A stretch of 64,000 bases of DNA. Source: Candidatus Multivorans sp. Lineage in GTDB: Bacteria; Acidobacteriota; Thermoanaerobaculia; Multivoradales; Multivoraceae. The stretch lies in NCBI GenBank assembly GCA_965247095.1, contig OZ251997.1, positions 2,848,001 to 2,912,000 on the forward strand, given 5' to 3'. Positions within the stretch are counted from its first letter, which is position 1, and every line of letters starts with the position of its first letter. A model generated the notes under the pieces. The model was not told the DNA's origin, made no database searches, and saw nothing but the letters and a program-made list of their open reading frames with translations. This document shows positions 54,287 to 64,000 of the stretch, one piece after another. A program made the translations under genes and the position numbers.

Positions 54287-56269
54287 CTAAGGCGCTTCGC
54301 TCTCCGGCAGGGCGAAGGCGATCAGTTCGGCCGGCTCGGTCATGCCGCCGCCGGTGACGACGATGTATTGCAGTCCCTCGACCATGTAGCTGACCGGCGC
54401 GCCGTGCAGGGCCCGTTCGGTGAGCACCTCGGCCAGCAGCTTGCCGGTGGACTTGTCGTAGGCCTGGAGCGAACTGCCGAGGACCGTCGAGCGGTCGTTG
54501 TAGGTCTCGAAGCGGGCGGCATGGGTGACCAGGAGGGTCTTCGTGACGAGCAGGCCGCCCTCGGTCACCGCGCTCGACGACAGCCCGCCCAGCGGCCCCA
54601 GGTCGAGGTGCCGGATCGCGGGGTGGTTGCGCGGCCCGTCCCCGAGCGGCGTCTGCCACGCGATGTCGCCGCGGTTCAGGTCGATGCCGGTGATGCGGCG
54701 GTACGGCGGCTTGAGCAGCGGCAGGCCGCGTGGGCCGGCGGTCGAGACGCGGTCCAGGACGTACGGCCAGAAGCTGCGCGCCGCGTCCGGCTTGATCAGA
54801 GCCATGCCCGAGGGCCGGGTTATCGATTGCACGAAGAGCATCCCGGTATCGGGATCGGCCGCGGCCCCCGGGTGATTGGCGCCGCCGCCCGCGCCCGGAA
54901 CGGCCAGGATCGCCTCCTTGCCGCCGGCGCCGCGCTCGATCAGGGGCATGAACATCGGCCCGAGAATGAACTTCTCCGCGATCTCGAGCGCTTCGGCCCG
55001 GAGTTCCGGCGTGAAGTCGATCAGGTCGTCCTCGGTCACCCCCTGGCGGTCGAAGGCCGGCGGCCTGGTGGGGAACGGCTGCGTCTTCGACAGTTTCTCG
55101 CCCGGCACCGAGGTGCGCCATTCGACCGGGCGTTCCTCGATCGGCCACACCTGTTCGCCGGTCGCGCGGTCGAAGACGTAGGTGAAGGCGGTCTTCGAGA
55201 CCTGGGCAACGGCCTTGATCAGCCGGCCGCCGACGACGATGTCGATCAGGTTCGGGGCGGAGGCGATGTCGTAGTCCCAGACGCCGTGATGGACGGTCTG
55301 GAAGTGCCAGACCCGCTCGCCGGTCGCGGCGTCAACGCAGATGAGGCTCTCGGAGTAGACGTTGTCGCCGTGCCGCAGCCCGCCGTAGTAGTCGCTGGTG
55401 GGCGTGCTGGTGGCCAGGTAGACATAGCCGAGTTCCTGGTCGGCGGTCATCGGCGCCCAGACGTTCGCGTTGCCGACCGTCTTCCAGGAGTCGTTCTCCC
55501 AGGTCTCGACGAAGTCCTCCCCCTCCTGCGGGATGGTGTGGAACCGCCACTTGAACTCGCCGGTGCGGACGTCGTAGCCGCGCACATGCCCCGGCGGGTT
55601 GTTGTTCTGGAGCGGGAAGTCGAAGATGCGCGAACCGACGACGATGGTGTCGCCGACCACGATCACGGGCTGGCCGTGGCTGATGTTCCGCAGCGCGATG
55701 TTCTCGCGCCCCAGGTTCCGGGAGAGTTCGACCACGCCGTCCTCGCCGAAGGCGCGGTCGGGAAGGCCCGTGGCCGGGTCGAGCGACACGAGCTGCTTCC
55801 CGATCGTGGCGAGGAACAGGCGTTCCTGCTCGCCGTCGGTCCAGTACTCGAGGCCGCGGGTGTAGTAGTTGTTCTGGGCCGGCTTGCCGCGCTCGTAGCT
55901 CTTCGGATCGTAGACCCAGAGTTCCTCCCCGGTGCCGGCGTCGAGCGCCGCGACCTGGCTCAGCTCGGTGGGGATGTAGAGCCGGTCGCCGATGACGAGT
56001 GACGAGGACCGGAACACCTGCCGGTCGTAGGGCGAGTTCTGCTCGACCCGGGAGTCGGCGGACGACCACCGCCACACCGGTTCGAGCCGTTCGAAGTTCG
56101 AGGCGTCGACCTGGCTGAGCGGTGTGTAGCGAGTGAAACCGTGGTCGCCGCCGTGATGGCGCCACTCGCCGCTGGTGGCGCCGTGCTGGGCCGAGGCGCT
56201 GGCGGAGAGGATGAGGGCCAGCAGTGACGCGAGGCCCCAGCGAAGTTGGTGGGACACGACCGCTAGCAT
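54287..56269 (-). CDS. PQQ-dependent (quinoprotein glucose dehydrogenase-like) beta-propeller enzyme
   Basis: EWRHHGGD; ALDAGTGEELW; GYDVRTG..KW.FHTIP; WHFQTVHHGVWDYD; GGANHPG; PVSYMVEG.QYIV. Confidence 0.9.
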   Translation of the reverse strand: MLAVVSHQLRWGLASLLALILSASASAQHGATSGEWRHHGGDHGFTRYTPLSQVDASNFERLEPVWRWSSADSRVEQNSPYDRQVFRSSSLVIGDRLYIPTELSQVAALDAGTGEELWVYDPKSYERGKPAQNNYYTRGLEYWTDGEQERLFLATIGKQLVSLDPATGLPDRAFGEDGVVELSRNLGRENIALRNISHGQPVIVVGDTIVVGSRIFDFPLQNNNPPGHVRGYDVRTGEFKWRFHTIPQEGEDFVETWENDSWKTVGNANVWAPMTADQELGYVYLATSTPTSDYYGGLRHGDNVYSESLICVDAATGERVWHFQTVHHGVWDYDIASAPNLIDIVVGGRLIKAVAQVSKTAFTYVFDRATGEQVWPIEERPVEWRTSVPGEKLSKTQPFPTRPPAFDRQGVTEDDLIDFTPELRAEALEIAEKFILGPMFMPLIERGAGGKEAILAVPGAGGGANHPGAAADPDTGMLFVQSITRPSGMALIKPDAARSFWPYVLDRVSTAGPRGLPLLKPPYRRITGIDLNRGDIAWQTPLGDGPRNHPAIRHLDLGPLGGLSSSAVTEGGLLVTKTLLVTHAARFETYNDRSTVLGSSLQAYDKSTGKLLAEVLTERALHGAPVSYMVEGLQYIVVTGGGMTEPAELIAFALPESEAP

Positions 56270-56306
56270 AGACCGCGATGACACGCACAAGCACCCGGAA
56301 CCGCCG

Positions 56307-57386
56307 ATGAGATCTTGGCCGACCCTGATGGTCCTGTCTCTTTCCGCCTCCCTGACCGCCCTGGCCTGCACCGCGCCGGCATCCGAAACGGCGCCCGACG
56401 CCGAACCCGCGGCCGCCAACGAAGCGCCCCTCCGCGTCGAGCGGCTCCTCGACCGTCCGATCATCGGACCCGAGATCCACGACAGCATCGGCGAGAACAT
56501 CCAGGGGCCGTCGCTGATCCGCGTGCCGGACTGGATTCCCGAGCCGCTCGGCCGCTACTACCTCTACTTCGCCGACCACAAGGGTCGCTACATCCGGCTC
56601 GCGTACGCCGACGAACTGCTCGGACCGTGGTCGATCCACGGGCCCGGAAGCCTGCAGATCGAGCACTCCCACTTCCTGACCGAGCCGCCGGAGGTGACGC
56701 CCGAGATCGTGGCGGAGTGGGAGGCGCGCCGGGGCGCCAAGCTCTCGCACGACATCCAGAAGGAGATCACGACCCCGCACATCGCGTCGCCCGACGTCCA
56801 CGTCGACCACGAGGGCCAGCGGATCGTCATGTACTTCCACGGCCTGGAAGGCGTGGGCACCCAGGTTTCCCGGGTCGCCACGTCGACCGACGGCATCGAC
56901 TTCGAGGCCCGTACCCAAATCCTTGGCCGCACCTACATGCGCATCTTCCGGCACGGCGGCATGACCTACGCCCTGGCGATGCCCGGCCGGCTCTACCGGT
57001 CGGCCGACGGCTTCACCGACTTCGAGGAAGGACCGCTGCTCTTCAACCCGGACATGCGCCACTTGGCGTTGCTCCTGCGCGGCGACACGCTGTGGGTGTT
57101 CTGGACCCAGGTTGCCGAAGTGCCCGAGAGGATTCTCCTCAGCAGCATCGACCTGAGCGGCGACTGGATGGGCTGGAGCGAGACCGATGCCGTCGAGGTG
57201 CTGCGCCCGGAGCGCGATTGGGAAGGCGCCGCCGCGCCGCTCGAACCGTCGGTTCGCAGCACCGCCTACGGTCAGGTCAACCAGTTGCGGGACCCGGCGA
57301 TCTTCGAGGAAGACGGCCGCGTCTACCTGCTCTACGCAGTAGCAGGCGAGAGCGGCATCGCCATCGCCGAGGTGCTCTTCGAATGA
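56307..57386 (+). CDS. Lipoprotein with glycoside-hydrolase-like five-bladed propeller fold
   Basis: Lipobox ALAC; NIQGPSLIRVP.W; YYLYFADHKG; HIASPDV; LRDPAIFEEDG..YLLY. Confidence 0.75.
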   Translation: MRSWPTLMVLSLSASLTALACTAPASETAPDAEPAAANEAPLRVERLLDRPIIGPEIHDSIGENIQGPSLIRVPDWIPEPLGRYYLYFADHKGRYIRLAYADELLGPWSIHGPGSLQIEHSHFLTEPPEVTPEIVAEWEARRGAKLSHDIQKEITTPHIASPDVHVDHEGQRIVMYFHGLEGVGTQVSRVATSTDGIDFEARTQILGRTYMRIFRHGGMTYALAMPGRLYRSADGFTDFEEGPLLFNPDMRHLALLLRGDTLWVFWTQVAEVPERILLSSIDLSGDWMGWSETDAVEVLRPERDWEGAAAPLEPSVRSTAYGQVNQLRDPAIFEEDGRVYLLYAVAGESGIAIAEVLFE

Positions 57387-58708
57387 GGGGTTCGTTTCCG
57401 GCCGTAGGACTTGCCGCCGCGCTCGCCCTCATCGCCTGCACCGCCGACCAGCCCGCCATCGACGGCGCCGGCACGATCACGATCGCCGGCGCCACCCTGA
57501 TCGACGGCGCCGGCGCCGAGCCGATCGAGGACGCGGTCGTCATCATCCGCGGCGACCGGATCGAGCGCTCCGGTTCCCGAGCCGAAGTGCCCATACCCGA
57601 AGGCGGCGAAGTGATCGACGCCACGGGCAAGTTCCTGATCCCCGGTCTCATCGACCTTCACAACCACTATCGCGACGGCCTGGAGGAGTGGGCGTGGCGG
57701 CTGCAACTCCACTCCGGCGTCCTGACCGCCCGCAGCCTCGGTTCCGACCAGGGAGGCACTCCCGGGATGATCGCCGAAGCGCGCGCCGGAAACGTGCCGG
57801 CGCCCCGCATCTTCACCGCCGGGCTCGGCTTCACCCACCCTGAGGGTTTCCCGCCGAACGCCCGCGGCCCGGCGACCGAAGAAGAGGCGCGAGAGACGGT
57901 ACGCGAACTTGCCGCACAGGAAGTCGACCTGATCAAGATGTGGGTCGACACCTTCCTCGACACGCGGCCGAAGATCGAGCCCGAGATCCGCACCGCGATC
58001 GTGGACGAGGCGACGAAACACGGCATCCCGGTCTCGGCGCACGTCTTCTTCGAAGACGACATCTGGCAACTGGTCGACGCCGGCGTCCGGTCCTTCGTCC
58101 ATGGCGTGCGCGACCAGGAGGTCGACGAGGAGTTCGTACGGATGGCCCAGGAGAAGGAACTCTCCTTCGCGCCGGCGCTCGGTCAGGCGAAGACCACCTG
58201 GTACGTCGCCGAGCACCCGGAGCTGCTGGACGATCCGGAACTCATGGCCGGTGTCCAGCCGCCGCTGTTGGAACGCCTCCGCGACCCGGAGCACCGGGCC
58301 GGCATGCTGGCCAGCGAAAACACCGCGAAGCGCCGCGTCGCCTTCGACTACGTGACGAAGTTCGTGCGCCGGATGAACGACGCCGGTGTGACGATCACCG
58401 TCGGTTCCGACAGCGGCGCCGGCAACACCGCCTACGGCTGGGGCACCCACCACGAGCTGGAAGCCCTGGTCGAGGACGGCGGCCTGACCCCGCTTCAGGC
58501 CCTGGCGGCTGCCGGCGCCAACGCCGCCGGCGTCCTGACGGACGACCCCGACTTCGGAACCATCGCCGCAGGCAAAGCGGCGGACCTGATCCTGCTGTCA
58601 GCCGATCCGCTTGCCGACATCCGCAACACGAGGCAGATCGAGCGCGTGATGCAGGCGGGGGAGTGGCTGGAGCGGGGTCTGCCGGAGTTCCCGGCGCCGG
58701 CGGAGTAG
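57383..58708 (+). CDS. Amidohydrolase-family lipoprotein
   Basis: IDATGKFLIPGLIDLHNH; DLIK; SAH; VHG; GSDSG; GTIAAGKAADL. Confidence 0.9.
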   Translation: MRGSFPAVGLAAALALIACTADQPAIDGAGTITIAGATLIDGAGAEPIEDAVVIIRGDRIERSGSRAEVPIPEGGEVIDATGKFLIPGLIDLHNHYRDGLEEWAWRLQLHSGVLTARSLGSDQGGTPGMIAEARAGNVPAPRIFTAGLGFTHPEGFPPNARGPATEEEARETVRELAAQEVDLIKMWVDTFLDTRPKIEPEIRTAIVDEATKHGIPVSAHVFFEDDIWQLVDAGVRSFVHGVRDQEVDEEFVRMAQEKELSFAPALGQAKTTWYVAEHPELLDDPELMAGVQPPLLERLRDPEHRAGMLASENTAKRRVAFDYVTKFVRRMNDAGVTITVGSDSGAGNTAYGWGTHHELEALVEDGGLTPLQALAAAGANAAGVLTDDPDFGTIAAGKAADLILLSADPLADIRNTRQIERVMQAGEWLERGLPEFPAPAE

Positions 58709-58737
58709 GGCGCGATTTTGTCGAAGCGGCAGCGATG

Positions 58738-59904
58738 CTAGTCGTCCCCGAGCCGCACCTCGAACACCCGCAACGTCGGAACCCGCCAGGCCGGCGTGCG
58801 GCTGACGACGTAGACCTGCCGCCGGTCGTCCATGGCCAGGACTGCGTGGTCGAGGCCGTCTTCGAGCAGCTCCCTGGTCAGTAGCTCACTCTGCCTGCAG
58901 TGGAGCAGCTCACCGTCGGGCGAGAACGTCTGCATCAGGATCGCGTCGTGCCCCTGCTCGAGCCGGACCCGAACGAGCTGGACCAGGGCGCCGGCGCGGG
59001 TCGAAAACAGGCCCAGGCTCCTGTGGACCGCCTCGTAACGAGTGAAGCCGGACCTCGAATAGACGGTGACTGCCGCTTTCGATGGAAGATGGCCCGGCGG
59101 TGACGTGGCGCCTCCTTCGATTGCCGGCTGCGGTACGGCCAGCATCTTCGGCGCACTCTTCGTAGTCCCCAGGTGCTGAAGAGCGGGTCCGGGGGGTTGG
59201 TACCCGGTCAGGACGCCGCGGAAACGCCAGGGACTGTTCCAGCTCTCCTGTCCGAACAGATAGATGCTGCCTTCGTAGTAGGCGGGCGCGTACGCGATCT
59301 GGACACTGCCGACTGGAGTGAACGATCCCGTGCTCGGCGAGGGCCGGAAGTGGAGCCCCGGCGTCGGCTGCTGGTTCAAGGAGAGTTCGGCCGATCCGAA
59401 TTCGGCTTCGAGTGCCAGCGACGCCCGGCTCGCCTGGTGGAACAGGCGCCCACGGGCGTTCAGGTCCGGTTGGGGCGCATTGGTCGCTGCGGTGCTGTTG
59501 TAGAGCAACAGCAGGGAACCGGGGCCCCATGGTTTGAGTTGAGTGACGTGCTGAGCGCCCTCCGGAAGAGTCAGCTCACCGAGGAAGTCTCCAGCGGTCG
59601 ACCACGAGGACAGTGCGCCCCTCGTGTTGTCGACGATCGCCAGTTCGTCAGGGCCGACCAGCGACATCGGGCCGATGGTGAGGAACTGGCCCGGATCGCG
59701 GCCACGGGCGCCGAACCGCCGTAGCGGCCGGCCGGCCCCGTCGAACACCTTGACCGTCATGCTCGCCATATCGGCGACGTAGACGTGGCCGCGACGATCC
59801 ACTGTGATCGCGGACGGGTGGCCGAGAACGAAGCCGGGCTCGGAGTCGCTGCCGATCCGTGCCTTCTCCTGGAGGAAGTCGCCGTTGCCGTCCTGTTCGG
59901 TCAT
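58738..59904 (-). CDS. 6-bladed beta-propeller / NHL-repeat protein
   Basis: PSAITVDRRGHVYVAD...VKVFD..G..LRRFG.RG..PGQF. Confidence 0.75.
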   Translation of the reverse strand: MTEQDGNGDFLQEKARIGSDSEPGFVLGHPSAITVDRRGHVYVADMASMTVKVFDGAGRPLRRFGARGRDPGQFLTIGPMSLVGPDELAIVDNTRGALSSWSTAGDFLGELTLPEGAQHVTQLKPWGPGSLLLLYNSTAATNAPQPDLNARGRLFHQASRASLALEAEFGSAELSLNQQPTPGLHFRPSPSTGSFTPVGSVQIAYAPAYYEGSIYLFGQESWNSPWRFRGVLTGYQPPGPALQHLGTTKSAPKMLAVPQPAIEGGATSPPGHLPSKAAVTVYSRSGFTRYEAVHRSLGLFSTRAGALVQLVRVRLEQGHDAILMQTFSPDGELLHCRQSELLTRELLEDGLDHAVLAMDDRRQVYVVSRTPAWRVPTLRVFEVRLGDD

Positions 59905-60536
59905 CTCTTGAGGATCTTCTCGATCAGAGCTCTCTTCGACGCAACGGGAACAGGGCCCAGCCCCCGGTTTGCCACGAGCACTCGCACGACGGCCCGGCCA
60001 CTGGCGGTGTTCACCACGACCATCTGCCCGAAGTGGCGGTTGCCCTGGAAGTCCGTGAGCGGGCTCTCGAGTTCGGAAGACGCACCGATCAGGGCGGGCA
60101 GATCGAGCTCATGGGTCAGAAGAAACCGCTCTACCTGGGCTTTGTCGTGCTCGAACATCAGGAGCACGGAGGCGATCCGGCCGCCCGTGATGTCGCGAAA
60201 CATCCGGTCGAACTCGACCGGGTCGTTGAAGTCCGCTGAATGCGACTGCCGGTTTGCGGTGAAGACCGCGAGGAACGGCGGGACCTTTGCCAGAGGCGGG
60301 TGCCTTCCTACCGGCGCCAGCCGGAGGATCTCACTGGCACGGAGCGGCTCGTCGATCCACTCGTAGTCGACTGCGATGAGGTCTTGATCTTCATCCCCAT
60401 CGTCGAGATCGGAGTCCGGGCCGGAGGACACGCGCTGCTTGGTTGAGACCCACCTCGAGCGAGCGATGGCGCCGATCAGTGCGCAGACGGAGAGGAGGCC
60501 GAGGAGAACGGGCAGCAGTTGATCAAGGCTCGACAC
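59901..60536 (-). CDS. Membrane-anchored hypothetical protein, possibly a thioredoxin-like fold lacking CxxC
   Basis: N-terminal TM helix; ATGA overlap with the propeller gene; VERFL..H.L..P segment reminiscent of redoxins. Confidence 0.55.
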   Translation of the reverse strand: MSSLDQLLPVLLGLLSVCALIGAIARSRWVSTKQRVSSGPDSDLDDGDEDQDLIAVDYEWIDEPLRASEILRLAPVGRHPPLAKVPPFLAVFTANRQSHSADFNDPVEFDRMFRDITGGRIASVLLMFEHDKAQVERFLLTHELDLPALIGASSELESPLTDFQGNRHFGQMVVVNTASGRAVVRVLVANRGLGPVPVASKRALIEKILKR

Positions 60537-60555
60537 TCTTGTTCGGCGCGGCTTC

Positions 60556-61869
60556 CTACCGGCACTCCGTCGACATCACTTCCGACTCGATGATGACGCC
60601 GCAGATGTGGCTCGTGTACTCGAAGGGGTCGCCGTCGAAGAGGGCGAGGTCGGCGTCCTTGCCGACCTCGATCGAGCCGACGCGGTCGTCGATGCCGAGG
60701 ATGCGGGCGGCGCTCAGGGTGATCGCTTCGAGCGCGCGCTCCCGGCCGAGGCCGTTGGCGGCGGCGATGGCGGCTTCCCACAGCAGGACGCGGGTCTTCG
60801 GGACGTAGCCCTCGAAACCGGTCTGGAGCGCGAAGGGGATGCCGGCGTCGGCGAGCTTGGCGGCGGTCTCGAAGGACCCGTTGCGCACCCGGCTCATCGT
60901 CGGGTGGAGGACGACGGGCACGCCGGCCTCGCGGATCTCGTCCAGCAGCAGGTAGGACTCGGCGGCGCCGTCGAGCACGAGGTCGAAGCCGAACTCGCTC
61001 TGCAGGCGCAGGGCGGCCGCGATCTCGGGCACGGTGTTGGCGGTGATCAGCAGCGACAGCTCGCCGTCGAGCACCTGGCCCAGGGCCTCCTTGGCGAGGT
61101 CGCGGGACGGCGGCTTCGGAGCGGGCTTGGCATCGCCGTCGTGGTGACCCTCGGAGTCCTCGTCGCCGTCATCGTCGTGTTCGCCATCGTCGTCGGCTGA
61201 CTCCGCTCCGGCTTCCTCCGCCTTGCGCATCTGCTCCAGGTACGCCTGGGCGCCAATGAAGGCGCCGCGCAGCATGGCCACGCCCTTGGATGACGTCCCC
61301 GGCGACTGGAAGTTGGAGGACACCGCGTTGCCGAGCGTCGAAGCGAGCATGCGCGCGGGCACGAGGGTTGCTTCATCGACGTTCCGGCCGCGGGTCTTGG
61401 CGATCATCGTCTGGCCGCTGATCAGGGCGCCGGGGCCGTGACCGGTGTGGAGCGTCGTGACCCCGTAGGAACGCACCCACTCGACCAGGGTCTCGTTCGC
61501 GTCGTAGGCGTCGATCGCCCGCAGATCGGGCTGGATCGGCGACGAGCGCTCGAGCTGGTCCTGGTCGCGCACCGGGCCGACGTTGCTGTTCAGCGCCCCC
61601 GAGAGGCCGACGACCGAGTGCGGGTCGACCAGGCCGGGGGTGACGACGGCGGCTTCCAGGACACGGGCGCCGTCGGGAATGTTCGCTTCGGCGGCCGGGC
61701 CGACCCATTCGATCTTGCCGTCGGCGCCGGCGATGACGACGGCGTTCTGGATCGGCGGCCCCGAGACGGTGTGCAGGGTCTCCGCCCGCACCGCCACCTG
61801 GGCGGCTGCCGGTCCGCCGGCCAGAGCCGCCACGGCGACGAGTAGCAGAGGCGTTCCGAGCCGCTTCAT
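60556..61869 (-). CDS. Amidohydrolase-family protein with degenerate metal ligands
   Basis: TPGLVDPHSV (second His absent); GSIEVGKDADL..FDGDP; signal peptide. Confidence 0.85.
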   Translation of the reverse strand: MKRLGTPLLLVAVAALAGGPAAAQVAVRAETLHTVSGPPIQNAVVIAGADGKIEWVGPAAEANIPDGARVLEAAVVTPGLVDPHSVVGLSGALNSNVGPVRDQDQLERSSPIQPDLRAIDAYDANETLVEWVRSYGVTTLHTGHGPGALISGQTMIAKTRGRNVDEATLVPARMLASTLGNAVSSNFQSPGTSSKGVAMLRGAFIGAQAYLEQMRKAEEAGAESADDDGEHDDDGDEDSEGHHDGDAKPAPKPPSRDLAKEALGQVLDGELSLLITANTVPEIAAALRLQSEFGFDLVLDGAAESYLLLDEIREAGVPVVLHPTMSRVRNGSFETAAKLADAGIPFALQTGFEGYVPKTRVLLWEAAIAAANGLGRERALEAITLSAARILGIDDRVGSIEVGKDADLALFDGDPFEYTSHICGVIIESEVMSTECR

Positions 61870-63227
61870 CGGGTCTCTCCCGTCTCTCCGGACAGCAACT
61901 GCCGGATCATGTGTTCTTCCTCGGCCGTGGTGCGGTAGACCTTGTAGCCCCCGACCGCGTACTTGCGGTGGTCCGGGTTCGAGCGGTCGTAGATCATCGT
62001 CCCCTCGACCCAGGTCTGTTCGACCTTCGAGTAGACGCTGAGGGGGTCGCCCGAGAGCACGACGAAATCGGCGTCCTTGCCGGCTTCGAGCGAGCCGATC
62101 CGGTCTTCGAGACCGAGCATCCGAGCCGGCGCCAGGGTCAGCGCCTCGAGCGCCTTCTCGCGCGACATGCCGTAGCGGACGGCGATTGCGGCGGCCCGGA
62201 ACAGGAGCCGCGAGTCGGTCACCGAGTCGTCCGTGTTGAAGGCGACGTCGACACCGGCACGTTCCAGAATCGCCCCCATCTCCATGTTCCAGTCGATCAC
62301 CTCTTCCTTGCCGCCCGGAGAGTCGATCCAGGTGATCGAAACCGGCACGCCGGCCGCGGCGAGTTCCTCGGCGACCTTCCAGGACTCGGTGCCGTGCTGG
62401 ACGACGACCCGGAACCCGAACTCCTCCTTGAGCCGCAGCACGGTGGCGATGTCGTTGTGGCGGTGGGTGTGGTGCTGGACGATCCGGTCGCCCGCGAGCA
62501 CCTGGGCCAGCGCCTCCATGCGCAGGTCGCGCTTGGCGGGAGCGCCGTTTCCGTCGTCGTCATCGTCACCATCAGCCGTTTCGGCCATCTTCTCCACGTA
62601 GGCAACCGCCTCGTGGTAGAGGTTGCGGACCAGGGCCGCCGACTTCGAGCGCGTGCCGGGGAAGGGTGGCTGGCCGATCGAGTTCGTGCCGTTGGCCATC
62701 TTCATGCCGCCGCAGATGCCGGTGAGCGGATCGTCGCAATACAGCCAGTCCTCGATCGTGCGGGCGCCGTCGCGGAGCTTCACGTAGGCGGTCTGTCCGG
62801 ACATGAGATGCCCGGAGCCGGACATCATGTTGAGCGTCGTGATGCCGCCGGCGCGTGCGCGCCAGACGCTGTCGGCGGCGACGTCGATCGAGTCGAGGTT
62901 CCGCACCTCGGGGTGGAGCGGCGACGACCGGTCTCCGCCCGAAACCGAGCCGACGTGGGAGTGGGTGTCGACGAGGCCTGGCATCAGCACCTTGCCGGAG
63001 AGGTCGTGCTCGACCGCACGCCGGGGCGCGCGGGTGTCGGGGCCGCCGACGTCTGTGATCTTGCCGCCCTGGACGACCAGGACCCCGGATTCGATCGGCG
63101 GTCCGGCGATGGGCAGGATCTGCGCGCCGCGGAAGACGTGGGGCTCCTCCTGGGCCGCCGCTGGCAGCGCGACGTAGAGCGCGGCCAGGGCCAGGATGAG
63201 CGTGAACGGACGGGTACGTTTTCTCAT
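61866..63227 (-). CDS. Amidohydrolase-family protein
   Basis: MPGLVDTHSH; MKMANGTN; HTHR; QHGTE; NTDD; GSLEAGKDADF. Confidence 0.9.
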   Translation of the reverse strand: MRKRTRPFTLILALAALYVALPAAAQEEPHVFRGAQILPIAGPPIESGVLVVQGGKITDVGGPDTRAPRRAVEHDLSGKVLMPGLVDTHSHVGSVSGGDRSSPLHPEVRNLDSIDVAADSVWRARAGGITTLNMMSGSGHLMSGQTAYVKLRDGARTIEDWLYCDDPLTGICGGMKMANGTNSIGQPPFPGTRSKSAALVRNLYHEAVAYVEKMAETADGDDDDDGNGAPAKRDLRMEALAQVLAGDRIVQHHTHRHNDIATVLRLKEEFGFRVVVQHGTESWKVAEELAAAGVPVSITWIDSPGGKEEVIDWNMEMGAILERAGVDVAFNTDDSVTDSRLLFRAAAIAVRYGMSREKALEALTLAPARMLGLEDRIGSLEAGKDADFVVLSGDPLSVYSKVEQTWVEGTMIYDRSNPDHRKYAVGGYKVYRTTAEEEHMIRQLLSGETGETR

Positions 63228-63265
63228 GCAGGTTCCTCGAAGGGCGGGACTGCCCGGTGCGGCGC

Positions 63266-63430
63266 TAGGGAGCTTGCGCGGTAGAACGATCTGACCTGGG
63301 AACCCGTGTGGCGCGACCCGCGCCACACGCGAACCACTCGTGCGCCCGTCATCGGGCGCACGAGTGGCACGCGGGCATCCTGCCCGCATCCGGCGCGAAG
63401 CGCCGGTCTCCGGTCGTTCTGCGGCGCTAG
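63266..63430 (+). repeat. Full-length composite REP/MITE-like element
   Basis: About 165 bp, near-identical to 44130-44292; TGCGGCGCTAG occurs at both 63258-63268 and 63420-63430. Confidence 0.9.
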
Positions 63431-64000
63431 CGCCTGAAGGACGGATCAAGATCGATACGGTACACCGCTTCGCGCGGGGCGCCGCCGTCTCGGGGGCTCC
63501 AGAGCACGTGCACGGCGATCTGGTCGCCGCGCGGGCGCCAAGTCAGGTCGCCGACGTAGGTGTGCCCCAGGCTGTGGTCGGAGTTCGGGTCGTTGAAGAA
63601 CGTCAGCCGGCGCTTGTTCGAGCCGTCGGCATCCATCAGCCACAGTTCGCGGCGGGCGGTAGGCGGCAGCGACTGGCCGGGCTCGGTGCCGCGGATCTCG
63701 GCGTTCGAGGTGAAGGCGAGGTGTCGGCCCGTGGGCGACAGGCGGACGTACTCCTCGACGCCGCCGCGGGAATGCGTGAGGCGCTCGGGCTCGCCGCCGT
63801 CAAGGCTGAGCCTGTAGAGGTCGAGGGTGTCGGGCGACTGCCCGGGTTCGAGGTTCGCGGCCACCAGGGCGCCCCGGTCGTCGGGCGTGTAGCCCTGGGG
63901 AACGATCAGTGCATCGGCGGGCGCGGAGTGGGACCTGATCTGCTTCAGCTTCGCGATACCGACACGGTTGACCTGAAGGCGGCCGCTGCGCAGTCGCCAG
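63427..64000 (-). CDS. TolB-like (PD40/WD40) beta-propeller protein, C-terminal part
   Basis: DLY.....GG.PERLT; LSPTGRHLAFTS; LWLMDADGSNKRRLT; W.P.GDQI; runs off window end. Confidence 0.8.
   Translation of the reverse strand, partial: WRLRSGRLQVNRVGIAKLKQIRSHSAPADALIVPQGYTPDDRGALVAANLEPGQSPDTLDLYRLSLDGGEPERLTHSRGGVEEYVRLSPTGRHLAFTSNAEIRGTEPGQSLPPTARRELWLMDADGSNKRRLTFFNDPNSDHSLGHTYVGDLTWRPRGDQIAVHVLWSPRDGGAPREAVYRIDLDPSFRR

Noticed and set aside
1-64000. tRNA, rRNA, prophage, reverse transcriptase or DDE transposase
   Set aside because: No cloverleaf, rRNA-like sequence, phage structural genes or RT/DDE motifs recognised by eye.

Overview
High-GC (about 68% by eye) bacterial chromosome segment, most likely from an Acidobacterium. 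This is inferred from tandem ADOP-type duplicated permeases with a PadR regulator, an Oar-like TonB receptor, a DUF1501/PSD1-DUF1553 pair and many lipoproteins. About 60 genes or gene fragments are supportable: metabolic enzymes, transporters, at least eight small type II toxin-antitoxin loci (some orphan) and several damaged genes. No rRNA, tRNA, CRISPR array or integrase was seen. Two systems stand out. (1) A REP-associated tyrosine transposase (RAYT, 50169-50813) is bracketed by inverted arrays of a modular multi-hairpin REP element. The element recurs at about 16 loci in the window, shows compensatory base changes, ends in a GCGAAGC mini-hairpin, sits in frame inside two proteins, and abuts a truncated vapC toxin. 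(2) A probable unannotated selenoprotein: ORFs 10335-10721 and 10728-12140 are in one frame, joined by TGA-CTG-TGT (U-L-C), with a SECIS-like hairpin just downstream. It lies behind a TonB receptor and a cysteine dioxygenase. All family assignments come from motif recognition by eye; no database search was run.
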